Shown one piece after another: positions 15,816-30,600 of a stretch of 64,000 nucleotides of DNA. The position numbers and the translations under genes were made by a program. The notes under the pieces were generated by a model, which made no database searches, had not been told where the DNA came from, and saw nothing but the letters and a program-made list of their open reading frames with translations. This DNA comes from Octopus vulgaris. Its lineage: Eukaryota. How positions within the stretch are numbered: position 1 is the stretch's first letter; each line of letters starts with the position of its first letter. The stretch lies in NCBI GenBank assembly GCA_951406725.2, contig OX597840.1:26660001-26724000 (forward strand). Reading direction: 5' to 3'.

Positions 15816-16350
15816 TGCAATTATATCACACACATGTTGTTGTGCATTTTAGAAAGTTCACCTCTCAATCATGCATCTCTGGATTCAGCTCCATGCTGAG
15901 TGCAGCACTGTGTGGCACTAAGTGGCACTGTGTGGAACTGCATGGCACTGTGCCACCTTGTAGCATCATGTAGGACCATGGGCAAGTGTCTTCTACTATA
16001 GCCCTATGACAACAAAGCTTTGTGAGTAGATTTAGTAAAGGGAAACTGAAAGAAGCCCATCACATGCATATATATATATATATCGACGCCAGTGCCGCCT
16101 CGACTGGTTTCTGTGCCGGTGACACGTAAAAAGCACCATCCGATTGTGGCCGTTTGCCAGCCTCGTCTGACACCTGTGCAGGTGGCACGTAAAATGCACC
16201 CACTACACTCACGGAGTGGTTGGCGTTAGGAAGGGCATCCAGCTGTAGAAACATTGCCAGATAAGACTGGAGCCTGGTGCAGCCCCCTGGCATCCCAGAT
16301 CCCAGGTCGAACCGTCCAACCCATGCTAGCATGGAAAGCGGACGTTAAGC

Positions 16351-16485
<135 letters not shown>

Positions 16486-16489
16486 GATT

Positions 16490-16632
<143 letters not shown>

Positions 16633-16699
16633 GATGATGATGAAGATGATGACGATGACGATGATGATGATGATGATGACGACGATGATGATGATAACA

Positions 16700-16769
<70 letters not shown>

Positions 16770-16776
16770 CGATGAC

Positions 16777-16809
<33 letters not shown>

Positions 16810-16941
16810 ATAAATCTTTTACTTGTTTCAGTCATTTGACTGCGGCCATGCTGGAGCACCGCCTTTAGTTGAGCAAATCGACCCCAGGACTTATTCTTTG
16901 TAAGCCCAGTACTTATTCTATCAGTCTCGTTTGCTGAACTG

Positions 16942-16984
<43 letters not shown>

Positions 16985-17828
16985 GACTATGCACACACAC
17001 TTCCCAAACTTAGCCTGGTAAGGTTTCTCTAGGGTTGGTTGGACTGGTAGTTATGGGAAGAACGTGTCCCTTAATTCGAAAATCACTGCCTCACCACCGC
17101 CTCCGCCATCAAGACCGTCACACCTCCTCTGTTTTACAACCATTAGCATCACCCCACACCACCACCACCACCACCCCATCCACCAGCGCCGCCACCACCA
17201 TTGTATGTCACACCACCACAACAACCACCTTTGTCACAACAAGGATTTAGATCGTTGCTGTCACAAACAAATGTCATCACCGCTACCACCACCACCACCA
17301 CCATCAACAACCACCTCCACCATCGACAACCACCACCACCACAACCACAGCCACCTTCACCATCGACAACCACCACCACCACCACCACCACCTCCACCAT
17401 CGACAACCACCACCACCAACACCATCGACAACCACCGCCGCCACCACCAACCACCGCCGCCACCACTTTAACCATCCCTACCTTTGTGTTTTCCACCGCA
17501 ACCACCCACATAGCAAAACCTAGAGAAAAGCAACAATTGTATCCTAAATCGTTCCGTTCCAGTGACTTGTCACTATTTGCATAAATTAAGATTTTATTAT
17601 TCAAAAAAAGAAAAAAATTCTTAGAATTGAAATCTAATTTTTTTAGAAATTTTCATATTTTATGTAAACTAGGCGCAGGAGTGGCTGTGTGGTAAGTAGC
17701 TTGCTTACCAACCACATGGTTCTGGGTTCAGTCCCACTGCGTGGCACCTTTGGCAAGTGTCTTCTGCTATAGCTTCAAGCCGACCAAAGCCTTGTGAGTG
17801 GATTTGGTAGACGGAAACTGAAAGAAGC

Positions 17829-17872
<44 letters not shown>

Positions 17873-17876
<4 letters not shown>

Positions 17877-18290
17877 TGCAGGAGTGGCTGTGTGGTAAGT
17901 AGCTTGCTAACCAACCACATGGTTCCGGGTTCAGTCCTACAGCATGGCACCTTGGGCAAGTGTCTTCTACTATAGCCCCGGGCCGACCAAAGCCTTGTGA
18001 GTGGATTTGGTAGACGGAAACTGAAAGAAGCCCATCGTATATATGTATATGTATGTGTGCGTGTATGTTTGTGTGTCTGTGTTTGTCCCTCTAGCATTGC
18101 TTGACAACCGATGCTGGTGTGTTTACGACCCCGTCACTTAGCGGTTCGGCAAAACAGACCGATAGAATAAGTACTGGGCTTACAAAAGAATAAGTCCCGG
18201 GGTTGAGTTGCTCGACTAAAGGCGGTGCTCCAGCATGGCCGCAGTCAAATGACTGAAACAAGTAAAAGAGTAAAAGAGTAAAAGAGAGTA
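17873..18290 (+). mobile_element. SINE family A (tRNA-like head, internal TA/TG tract, (TAAAAGAG)n tail), representative full copy
   Basis: A-box-like TGGCTGTGTGG and B-box-like GGTTCAGTCC. Copies: 2625-2780, 15103-15238, 17671-17832, 19325-19747, 44635-45040, 50474-50640, 52290-52576, 63430-63640 (+); 42945-43160, 45733-46145, 46757-47184, 61840-62260 (-). Confidence 0.85.
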
Positions 18291-18473
18291 GGATATTTTT
18301 ATGTCTGTCAGCATAAGTATCTCAATTGTACGTTTAATGACAGAAATAATAACGATTTGTTTTAATTGCCCCTGGGACAAAGGACGAAGCAGGAAATACA
18401 AAGACAGACGAACGTGAAATGTGGGGGGCTTACATACAATGAAATTAGATAAAAAAACACAAAACAATACATC

Positions 18474-18690
18474 ATCATCGTTTAGCGTCCGCTTTCCATG
18501 CTAGCATGGGTTGGACGATTTGACTGAGGACTGGCGAACCAGATGGCTGCACCAGGATTCAATCTTGATCTGGCAGAGTTTCTACAGCTGGATGCCCTTC
18601 CTAATGCCAACCACTCCGAGAGTGTCGTGGGTGCTTTTTACATGCCACCAGCTCAGGATTATTATATATAAACATTAGCATCTCTAACCC

Positions 18691-18727
<37 letters not shown>

Positions 18728-19320
18728 CATCATCATCATCATCGTTTAACGTCCGCTTTCCATGCTAGCATGGGTTGGACGATTTGACTGAGGACTGGCG
18801 AACCAGATGGCTGCACCAGGCTCCAATCTAGATTTGGAAGAGTTTCTACAGCTGGATGCCCTTCCTAATGCCAACCACTCCGAGAGTGTCGTGGGTGCTT
18901 TTTACATGCCACCAACTCAGGATTATTATATATAAACATTAGCATCTCTAACCCTATACACACACACACACACACACACACATCATCATCATCATCATCG
19001 TTTAACGTCCGCTTTCCATGCCAGCATGGGTTGGACGATTTGACTGAGGACTGGCGAACCAGATGGCTGCACCAGGCTCCAATCTAGATTTGGAAGAGTT
19101 TCTACAGCTGGATGCCCTTCCTAATGCCAATCACTCCGAGAGTGTAGTGGGTGCTTTTACGTGCCACCGGCACGAGGGCCAGTCAGGCGAGTCATTCCAG
19201 TGGCACTGGCAATGACCTTGCTCGAATGTTTTTGTTCACATGCCACTGGCACAAGTGCCAGTGAGGCGACGCTGGTAACAATCACACCACTCAAATGGTT
19301 CATTTTACGTGGCACTCCAT
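18474..19320 (-). mobile_element. SINE family C ((GAT)n tail), tandemly triplicated with flanking unique DNA
   Basis: Three units starting CATCATCGTTTA(A/G)CGTCCGCTTTCCATGC. Other copies: 16085-16352 (+, followed by a long (GAT)n), 28121-28385, 29352-29500, 31345-31612 (-). Confidence 0.8.
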
Positions 19321-19476
19321 CGGTTGGCTGTGTGGTAAGTAGCTTGCTAACCAGCCACATGGTTCCGGGTTCAATCCCACTGCGTGGCATCTTGGGCAAG
19401 TGTCTTCTGCTATAGCCCCGGGCCGACCAATGCCTTGTGAGTGGATTTGGTAGACGGGAACTGAAAGAAGCCTGTC

Positions 19477-19515
<39 letters not shown>

Positions 19516-20066
19516 CATGTCTGTGTTTGTGTGTCTGTGTTTGTCCCCCTAGCATTGCTTGACAACCAATGCTGGTGTGTTTACGTCCCCGTCACTTAGC
19601 GGTTCGGCAAAAAAGAGACCGATAGAATAAGTACTGGGCTTACAAAGAATAAGTCCCGCGGTCGAGTTGCTCGACTAAAGGCGGTGCTCCAGCATGGCCG
19701 CAGTCAAATGACTGAAGCAAGTAAAAGAGTAAAAGAGTAAAAGAGTAATGCAATAAGCTGACAGAGGTGTGCTAGCTGCGCAATGAAATGCTTAGCAACG
19801 TTTGATCGGGGTGAATGTTCTGAGCTCAAGTTCACACAAAGCTCAACTTTGCTCGACTTTACCTCTTCTTGATCAAAAAAAAAAAAAATACCAGTTGGTT
19901 CAATGTAATTGACTCTCCCCCACCCCCCGCCACCTCCCCAAGATCAATGAAACTGATTATCCCCCCCACCCCACCCCACCCCTAAAATCTGCTGTCTCGC
20001 CTTGTGCTAAATTTCAAAACCACCACTACTACTACTACTACCACTACCTCTACTACCACCACGACC

Positions 20067-20134
<68 letters not shown>

Positions 20135-20459
20135 CACTACTACTACTACCACCACCACCGCCACCACCACTGCTACTACTACCACTACCACCACCACCAC
20201 CATCACCACTACTACTACCGCCACCACCACCAACACTACTACTACTACCACCACCACCACCACCACTACTACTACTACTACCGCTACCACCACTACTACT
20301 ACTACCGCCACCAACACCACTACTACTACTACTACTAATGTGCAGCTGGTGTCAAGAAATTTGCATGCATCATTTGCAGTATGGGCACAGTACTAAGACA
20401 CCACCGCAGATTAGTGTCACCATGGGCTTGCCTGATTGCTTGTGTGTGTGCGTGCGTGC

Positions 20460-20503
<44 letters not shown>

Positions 20504-20731
20504 GCGGTGGGGTAGTATTTTGTGCAACAGACCGTTACTGAGCTCAACACAGGCAACCTGCAACTGTACACATGCGCACCTATACGGATACATTCGACCA
20601 CACACACAATACAAACACGATCGTTTTATTGTGTCGTCTTATCTTTGTCCCTGAGAATGCAGTTTTCCATCCTGGGTCAATAATCTCTGGCTGCACAAAT
20701 GCGCATGTGCACACAATATGTGTACATACAC

Positions 20732-20778
<47 letters not shown>

Positions 20779-20864
20779 ACAGACGTAACAGAGTGACTCA
20801 TTTGTTTGATATGGATCAACTCATGAAGCTCTCAGACCTTGAATCACTCTGTTATTTCTAACAT

Positions 20865-20897
<33 letters not shown>

Positions 20898-20961
20898 CGA
20901 GTAAACACATAAATGTGAAACAAGGTGGAAAAAAGAGTACTCAAATACCAGGGGTAGAGTA

Positions 20962-21042
20962 ATATGCTTTATTTAAAGCAGCAGAAAATTCAACAAAACT
21001 TGAATTTTTGTTGAATTTTCTGCTGCTTTAAATAAAGCATAT
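20962..21042. repeat. Perfect 37-bp-arm hairpin with 7-nt loop
   Basis: ATATGCTTTATTTAAAGCAGCAGAAAATTCAACAAAA-cttgaat-reverse complement. Confidence 0.9.
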
Positions 21043-21104
21043 ATATATATATATATATATGAATGTATATATATATGTATGTATATGTAATGTGTGTATA
21101 TATA

Positions 21105-21136
<32 letters not shown>

Positions 21137-21416
21137 CGTATGTATATATGTATGTATATGAATGTATATATATGTATGTATGTATGTATGTATATATAAA
21201 TATATATATAAATACAAAATGGGACAAGAACGCAAAACATCCAGATAGATGATACAAAGAAAACCAGGAAGGCTCATGCGGAGTTTCCTATCCTCAGTCG
21301 AGTTCCAGATTATCTTAGCAATTTTGGCTGGTCATACTCGAGACTGCTCCAATCTGGCCAGCCCCAAAGAAAAACTCTCATACGCATATATATGCATATG
21401 TATATGTGTGTGTGTG

Positions 21417-21472
<56 letters not shown>

Positions 21473-23942
21473 CATATATATACATATGTATATACATATA
21501 CACACACACACACAACACACTTATTTTTACATAAATCGTTACCCCATTAGTACCCCACTTTTCTTCAACAGCCCCTTTGAACTTTCCACCACTCCCAGGG
21601 AGGAATACCGCCCAGTTTGGGAACCACTGCTCTACACCATACCATACAAAATATACACACCTCCACAACAGAATATATCACTCTACGCATATCATTCTAT
21701 ACACCTTGTTATGGGACAGTATACAGTTCACATATTTTTCTTTGAGGTTGAGGTTTTTCTCTCTCTTTCTGCCTCTCTTTCTCCTGTTTTTCTTGTAAAC
21801 CTGTCTACTATGGCACTGTTGCATGACACTCCATATATGGCTAACACTCAAGAATCTAGAGCACTGTTTATTATTATTGCTATTTAAGTTGTTGCTGCTG
21901 TTGTTGTTGTTGTTGTTGTTGTTGCTGTTTAGCCCAGGTCAGTCATAATCCAGCATACATACGATCAAAGTCAATCCAGTCTGGACCATCTCACCTTCCA
22001 TGTAGTCATATAAGCATCTCAATCAATCAAGACCCATAATCTAGCTTACGTACGATCGAAGATGTTCCGGACATGGCCATCCCATCTATGTAGTCACATG
22101 ATACTTTGGTCACCAAAAAACTCTGTAGCTCAGGGTGAGGTGGGGTGGTAGTAGGGTGGGGGAATTATACATAATACATACACCCCCCTCCTCAAACATC
22201 CTCCCCTCCTCCTCAACATCCTCCCTTCTCCTCAACATCCTCCCCCTCAACATCCCCTCCTCCTCCTCCTCAACATCCTCCCCTCCACCCCTATTTCTCC
22301 TCACCACCCACCCCGCCCTTGTGTATTCAATCCCACCCCCATTAGGGAGACCGATACCTCGTGAGTGAATGTGGTAGATGGAAACTGTATGGAAGCCTAT
22401 CCTGTGTATATGAGTGTGTGCGTGTGTGTGTGTGTGCATGTGTGTGTGTGTGCATGTGTGTGTGTCTTTGTGTGTTCGTTCCCACTTCTACCACCACCAT
22501 CACTATCACCACCACATGATAACCAGTGATGGTTTGTTTATGTCCCCTTAACTTAGCACTTCACTAAAAGAGACCCATGGAATAAACACACAGCCTCGTG
22601 TCACATGACAAAAACACTTCATTTTCCCCCACAAGCTTTTATTCTGGCATAGTCCACCTAAGATTACACTCTAATCATGTATCTTTCTATCTTGTTCTTT
22701 TAACTTTTGATAGCACCAGTCGACCGATTGTGTGTCCTTCCTTTTTCTTAAGACAGTCGTTGCTATTTGGAGAAAATTTGGCTCCTATTTCTAGCACTTC
22801 AGATGACATTGTAGAGGTCTGCTTTCTGGCTTGTGTGTATTTGTATCCTACACCTATAACCCAAGATACACTTAGACACATTTAAATATGTCTTCAGAAT
22901 GTCTGTTGCTTCTAGCTATCCAATACACGAATGGTTTCCTTCACTTTGCATTGATGTTGTTGTTGCTGCTGCTGCTGCTGCTGCTGTTGTTGTTGTTGTT
23001 GTTGTTGTTGCCTGTTGTTGTTGTTGTTGTTGTTGTTGGATTGTTGGTAAAAAAAAGGCCTTGCAGAAGTTCTTCCAGTTCTTTACATTTCGAGTTCAAA
23101 TACTGCCAGAGTCGGCTTTACCTATCATCTTTCCAGAGTCCATGAAATAAGTACCAGTCATGAACTGGGGATCAATGACCCTGATCTCAGTATAGTTGCC
23201 CTTATGCTTATGTCTTTCCATTATCCTAAATGCTCTTTGTACCCCCTGTGGCCAGTAAATTATTATTATTAGTAGTAGTATTATTGAGTGAGAGAGCAGT
23301 GCATGCCATCAAAGTGACACTAGGGTAAAATATACGAAGCCCAATATACCCATCATGACTACCCGTCTGATAAGGGTACACCAGGCACATGCATCACAAC
23401 CATATGTGTGTGACATGGTGATCTCATATCAAGATAAACAGCGCATGATCTTGCAGGTGGGGCCCAGTTAGAATTTCCTTCTGATCAAGTAGCCCATCCC
23501 ACTCAAAGTCTGGACGAAATGCTTAACGGTATTACGCCAACCACCTCATTCTGAGTTCAAATTCCACCGAGGTCGACTTTACCTTTCATCTTTTTGGGGA
23601 TACATTTAACTGTCATATCTAGAAAGATTTTTCATTGCAATACTATTCTGGTAATCTGCTGTTTGTGAGTTCAATCTCTGGCTACAGTGGGCCTTTCAGT
23701 ATTACTGTTTCTGCTCGTAATTGCTTTTTGATGCTGCCACAAGTAGGAAGAGATTTTCTTTGTTTTGTGTTTTGTTGTGTTTTTTTTTATGGGGGTTTCT
23801 GGTAATACTTGTTGTGTTTTTTTTATATTTTTCTGTTTATTTTTCCTTGTTTTCTTGTTGTTTTGTTGGTTAGTGTTCATGTTATTTTAGTTAACACACA
23901 CACACACATATTTATATATATGTATATACATTAAATACATAC

Positions 23943-23978
<36 letters not shown>

Positions 23979-24030
23979 GTATACACACACACACACATAT
24001 ATATATACACACACACACACATATATATAT

Positions 24031-24443
24031 ATATTTAGTGAAGGGAAGAAATGGAGCTGAACGAAGATTCTACAGAATTCCTTTTATTACTTTCTACACA
24101 TGTTTCAAAGGCCACAAATTTCCAAATTCGGATTGAATAAGGAGACCATTTTGCGGCTTTCTCTTCAGGAAAATCCAGGAATTCAAATCTCCAAACAAAT
24201 GCGCAGGAGAGACAGTTTGTGCCATTCCATGGGCTCCTAAGGAGCGTTTTGTTCGAATTGCTTGCTGCGCATTTGTTTTGGAGTTTTAAATTCCTGGATT
24301 TTCCTGAAGAGAATGCTGCAAAATGGTCTCCTTATTCAATCCGAATTTGGAAATTTGCAGCCTTTGAAACATGTGTAGAAAATAATAAAAGGAATTCTGT
24401 AGAATCTTCGTTCAGCTCCATTTCTTTCCTTCACTAAATATAT
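24031..24443. mobile_element. Long inverted repeat (~175-bp arms) with a hammerhead motif in each arm, Penelope-like
   Basis: Arms 24031-24206 and 24265-24443. Plus-arm motif 24299-24382: TTTTC-CTGAAGA-GAATGCTGCAAA..TTTGCAGCCTTT-GAAAC-ATGT-GTA-GAAAA; minus-arm motif 24091-24173. Confidence 0.75.
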
Positions 24444-24746
24444 AAAACTTCAAATTTCCGCATTAAGGCACGGGTTTGAGACCCCATGGTCGTAACCTCA
24501 ACCGTGTTTTTTCTGTTGTGATTTTTGCTACCCAGGTATCGGTTAAATTTTGAATAATCCGTAACAAAATAATTCATTTATCCATTTCAATAAATATATA
24601 TATATATATAAATAATGCAATCTATTCTCTACTTCTAGTTTGGTTTTGAGTACATTTTCTCCTATTCCATTACCAGTGACAAGTGAGTGTGTGTGTCTAT
24701 ATATATATATATATGTATATATATATACATATATATATATATCACA

Positions 24747-24777
<31 letters not shown>

Positions 24778-24850
24778 GTGCCACTCATGTGTAGCTGGTT
24801 CTGTTGGTTTTTTCATCCCCTTGTATAGAATGTTTTTCTCCTTCTTACAG

Positions 24851-24967
24851 GAATTAGAATTGAGGAAAGAATGGTTAGGTTCGGTGCCAAAACTGCAAAT
24901 TTGGACTTGTTCCACCCAAGCTGGCAGACTTTATCAAAATCGGCCGATCACGCCTTCTCACTAAAAG
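24851..24967 (+). CDS. Runx: Candidate Runx cassette exon (39 codons)
   Basis: Strong acceptor gtttttctccttcttacag|G, donor AAG|gtacca, 117 nt phase 1/1, open in the Runx frame: (R)IRIEERMVRFGAKTANLDLFHPSWQTLSKSADHAFSLK. No homology or transcript support seen. Confidence 0.45.
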
Positions 24968-26029
24968 GTACCAGCTTTGTTTGGCCTTCCTGGTCTTTCA
25001 TCATTATCTCTCTTTTACTCTCTCTCTCTCTCTCTCACTCACTCACTTACTCACTCTCTCTCTCTTCATTGTTGTAACTCTGTTGTGTTCTCATCCAGTG
25101 TCACCATCATCATCATCATCGTCATCATCACCATCATCGTCCCTTTAACGTCCACTTCTCCATCCTTGTATGGGTCAGGCGAAATTCACCGAGGCGCATT
25201 TTCTACAGCTGTATGCTCTTACTGTCACCAACCTTCACCCGTTTCTAAAGATTGTCGATATTTCCCCCCTGACACATATTTACCGAAGATCACAAATGAA
25301 TGACACTGCTTGTACAACAGTGACACTCGTCTACAACTATTGAGCAATGACAAGACAAGGTCACAGACACACACACACACACACACACAGTATATTGGTC
25401 AAAGAAAATGAATGCCTTAAATCAGAGATTAGACCTTATGGTGTTATCTTCAGTTCTTTAACAAAGGCGTCGAGCTGGAAGAACCATTGGCACACTGGTT
25501 CAAGGCGGCAAACTGGCAGAATCGTTAGCACACCGGGTGAAATGCTTAGCCGTATTTCATCTGGCATTAACGTTCTGAGTTCAAATTCCACCGAGGTCGA
25601 CTTTGCCTTTCATCCTTTTGGGGTTGATTAAATAAGTACCAGTTACGCACTGGAGTCGATATGATCGACTTAATCCGTTTGTCTGTCCTTGTTTGTCCCC
25701 TCTGTGTTTAGCCCCTTGTGGGTAGTAAAGAAATAGGTATTTCATCTGGCATTAACGTTCTGAGTTCAAATTCCACCGAGGTTGACTTTGCCTTTCATCC
25801 TTTCGGGGTCGATAAATTAAGTACCAGTTATGCACTGGGGTTGATGTAATATAAAATAAAATAAAAAGTATTTACTTTTTATTTTCACACACAAAGAATA
25901 CCTATGACTTGAATTGGTAGCATACCTTAAGAATACTACCAGCTGTTTAGGAATTCTAAGGGTGAACAAACTCTATTTGTACTCTTATAAGTTCTTAACA
26001 GAACACACCTCAACTATATTATATTATAT

Positions 26030-26139
<110 letters not shown>

Positions 26140-26150
26140 ATGTATATATA

Positions 26151-26216
<66 letters not shown>

Positions 26217-26395
26217 TTAGATTTTCCTTTGGGGCTGGCCAGGTCGGGGCAATCTCAAGATTAATCAGCCGAAATTGCGAGGATGATCCGGTTCCTGACT
26301 GAAGATTGAAGGCTTCGAATGTCCCATCCGTGTTTTTTGTATCGTCTCCTAAATGTTTTGCGTTCTTGTCCCAGTTTGTATTTTCTTACATATAC

Positions 26396-26509
<114 letters not shown>

Positions 26510-26620
26510 TATATATATATATGCATATATATGTATGTATGTATGTATGGATATGCATGTGTGTGTACATGTGTATGTATATATATATAATGTCTTTTAT
26601 TCCATCTTTTCCATTTTCAG

Positions 26621-26815
26621 AACTTCGCACTGATGACCGCCGACTCCACCAGCGCCCCGGTCCCCTCAACTTACCCGTGGAACGGACCCTACCCGACCCC
26701 CTCAGCGAACGCAGATATTCCACCCACCTTGCTGAGCTCGAGCATCTTCGCCGATCCACGATCCACCACCCGGATGTCTCCCGGGTGGAACCAAACGGAT
26801 TTCATCCACCCTCAG
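26621..26815 (+). CDS. Runx: Runx exon following the Runt domain
   Basis: Acceptor ccattttcag|, donor CAG|gtatgc, 195 nt phase 1/1. (K)[64 protein letters not shown]; LAELEHLRR resembles vertebrate RUNX1 LSELEQLRR. Confidence 0.9.
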
Positions 26816-26847
26816 GTATGCAACTGTCCTGGCGTTTTTGTTAACCC

Positions 26848-27460
<613 letters not shown>

Positions 27461-29957
27461 GCCTATGTATGTTTTTAGAATGACATTGTAGGGTAGGGAG
27501 ACAGACCAGATCTGGTTGGTTTGAACACAAAACAGGTGGAATATTTAGACTGGATAGAGCCAGTTCAATTCTTTAGTGTCCAGGTTCTCCTCACATTGTT
27601 TTCGGTTAATCCTGCATAATCCCAGAGCTTTGAGATTTCAAGAGATGTGATTGTTTATTTTTAGAATGACATTATAGGGTAAGTGTGAGAGGTCAGACCT
27701 GGCTGCTTTGAACCCGTAAAATATTTAGGCCAGATGCTGGTAGTCCATTAGTGTCTGATGATGGCAAAGTCCGTGTTCTCAGCAATGACAGTCAGAAGGC
27801 TGAGACACACAGACACCTGTGCGTCAAGCTGTTTTAAATAGGAGAACCATCGCATAGATAACCCCACCCTCTCAGCAGAAAGAACCTTGACCCAGCGACA
27901 CAAAAAAGCCATTGTGGCTGGAGACCCTTCCGGCTGCAGTGGACGATCGGGGGTCCATAGCGTGTCGTCATGCTCTAGGCCCTCCACAACACCTGCTGGT
28001 TCTGCTTTCTTGACCACTGGACCCCACTGGTGGTCTCCTCTGCCCAGTACGATAGAACTGGTCTTGCACGCATGGGTAGACAAGCTCTTATGCCATATGT
28101 GGTCAGTTGAAATGCTCACCATCATCATCATCATCATTGTTTAACATCCGCTTTCCATGCTAGCATGGGTTGGACGATTTTGACTGGGGGCTGGCGAACC
28201 AGATGGCTGCTCCAGGCTCCAATCTTGATTTGGTAGAGTTTCTACAGCTGGATGCCCTTCCTAACGCCATCCCCTCCGAAAGTGTAGTGGGTGCTTTTTA
28301 CGTGCCACCGGCATGAGGGCCCGTCAGGCGGTACTGGCAACGACCCCGCTCGAATTCTTTTACACGTACCACTGGCACAGGTGCCAAAGCATTAAATATT
28401 CCATTCTCACATGGGTAGGCTGGGTATACAAATTTAAACATTTTGATATCAACCTGCTTGTTTTAAAGTGATTAAAATTAAAATTAAAACCTCCCTTCAA
28501 AGTTACATCTTAATTTATGTTCCAAACACAAACTTAACGACCAAGTTCTTTTGCTGAATTCTTCGTTAATTTTAAAAAAGTTAATTGGAACAAAGGCATG
28601 GTATTTCAACAGGATATGGTAACAAAAGGGTTAAAGTGAATCTTATTTAAAAACCTTCCATCAAAATTTCCTGTTTATTTATATTCTAAAAACTTCTTTA
28701 ATAAGGACAAAATTATATTACTAAATTCTTTGTAATTAAAAAAGAAGACAGTGTATTTCGACAGAAATATGGTTAAAAAAGAAATGGGTTAAATATTAGT
28801 CTATAAATTACTGCATCAACTGATTTCCCACACCTAGCCAGATGTTCCCTTCCTGACCCTAACCCATAGCTTCTTAACTCTGAAGAAAATTTGCAGTATT
28901 TAATTTTTCAATTTGATTATCTAACGCAAGAACAGATAATCAATTACTTTGTTTTCGAAGCAGCTGTTTGAGCTAATAAACTTACCAGCTTTCAGCAGTT
29001 GAATTAATACATTAATACTCCTGCTTAATCTAAACTTTAACTCTAACCGCCACAACACCTTAGCCATGAAGAAAAATTTTGCAGTACCTAATTTGTTGGG
29101 GTAGTTATGTAACACCAGATAAAACAAACATCAATTACTTTGATTTTTCCAAGCAGCTGTTTGAGTGTTTATCTTTGCTGTTTGTAGTTTTGTCATTTTA
29201 ATCTTACTGAAAACTAAAAAACCACAACAAAAGAAAAACAGTCAAGAAAAAAAACCTTCCTTCTAAGTTAAGATTTTATTATATTTTTTCCATCCTTTAC
29301 TGGAATCATTCTGACATCAACAACAAGAAGGATTTTAGGAAGCTAGGGTTAATCATCATCATCGTTTAAAGTCTGCTTTCCATGCTGGCATGGGTTGGAC
29401 GATTTTTACTGAGACTGGCGAACCAGATGGCTGCACAAGGCTCCAATCTGATCTGGCAGAGTTTCTACAGCTGGATGCCCTTCCTAACGCCAACCACTCC
29501 TAAGGCCCCACCTGCAAGGTCATGCGCTGTTTATCTTGATATGAGATCACCACGTCGCGCACATATGATTGTGATGCATGTGCCTGGTGTGCCCTTATCA
29601 GACGGGTAGTCATGATGGGTATACTGGGCTTCGTATATTTGTACCCCAGTGTCACTTTGATGGCATGCACTGCTCTCTCACACAATAATGATAACAATAA
29701 TAATAATAATAATAATAATGTTTGTTGACTTAGTGGTTAGGATGTTCCACTCACAATTACAAGATTGCGGTTTCAATTCCCAGACTGGGAGTACAACATT
29801 GTGTTCTTGGATAAAACACTTCCTTTTTCATTGCTGAGGTTGGCTCAGCTGCGGATGAGTCTCCCCACAATGGACTGGTGGTGCCCCCATTCGGGGAGAA
29901 TGTTGTAATTTCGGTTACCGACACATAATGGAAACCAGGTAACTAACCCCTACATAT

Positions 29958-30600
29958 AAGGCGGCGAGCTGGCAAAATCATTAGCACGTCGGGCGAAATG
30001 CTTAGAGGTATTTCGTCTGCCGCTACGTTCTGAGTTCAAATTCCGCTGAGGTCGACTTTGCCTTTCCTCCTTTCGGGGTCGATTAAATAAGTACCAGTTA
30101 CGCACTGGGGTCGAAATAATTGACTTAATCCGCTTGTCTGTCCTTGTTTGTCCTCTCTGTGTTTAGCTCCTTGTGGGTTGTAAAGAAATAGGTATTTCGT
30201 CTGCCGCTACGTTCTGAGTTCAAATTCCGCCGAGGCCGACTTTGCCTTTCATCCTTTCGAGGTTGATTAAATTAGTACCAGTTACGCACTGGGGTCGAAA
30301 TAATTGACTTAATCCGCTTGTTTGTCCTCTCTGTGTTTAGTCCCTTGTGGGTAGTAAAGAAATAGGTATTTCATCTGCCGCTACGTTCTGAGTTCAAATT
30401 CCGCCGAGGTCGACTTTGCCTTTCATCCTTTCGGGATTGATTAAATAAGTACCAGTTACGCACTGGGGTCGAAATAATTGACTTAATCCGCTTGTCTGTC
30501 CTTGTTTGTCCTCTCTGTGTTTAGCCCCTTGTGGGTAGTAAAGAAATAGGTATTTCGTCTGCCGCTACGTTCTAAATTCAAATTCCGCCGAGGTCGACTA
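29958..30600 (+). mobile_element. SINE family B (Nin-domain-like core) with ~3.5 tandem ~180-bp units
   Basis: Repeated GTTCTGAGTTCAAATTCCGCCGAGGTCGACTTTGCCTTTCATCCTTTCGGGGTCGATTAAATAAGTACCAG. Other copies: 10820-11020, 25502-25850, 36676-36890, 58209-58425 (+); 5760-6085, 43440-43990, 57170-57560 (-). Confidence 0.8.

Noticed and set aside
26290-26330. CTGAAGA...GAATGTC hammerhead-like trace (relative at 21215-21380)
   Set aside because: GAAA box and stem I are too degenerate to count.
27748-28120. GC-richer unique island in a Runx intron
   Set aside because: The phase-1 reading from the nearest acceptor hits a stop and no motif was recognised; probably an old TE fragment, unresolved.
29958-30600. 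CRISPR-like periodic repeats (also 43440-43990, 48049-48485)
   Set aside because: Whole units repeat with no unique spacers, no cas genes, eukaryotic context.
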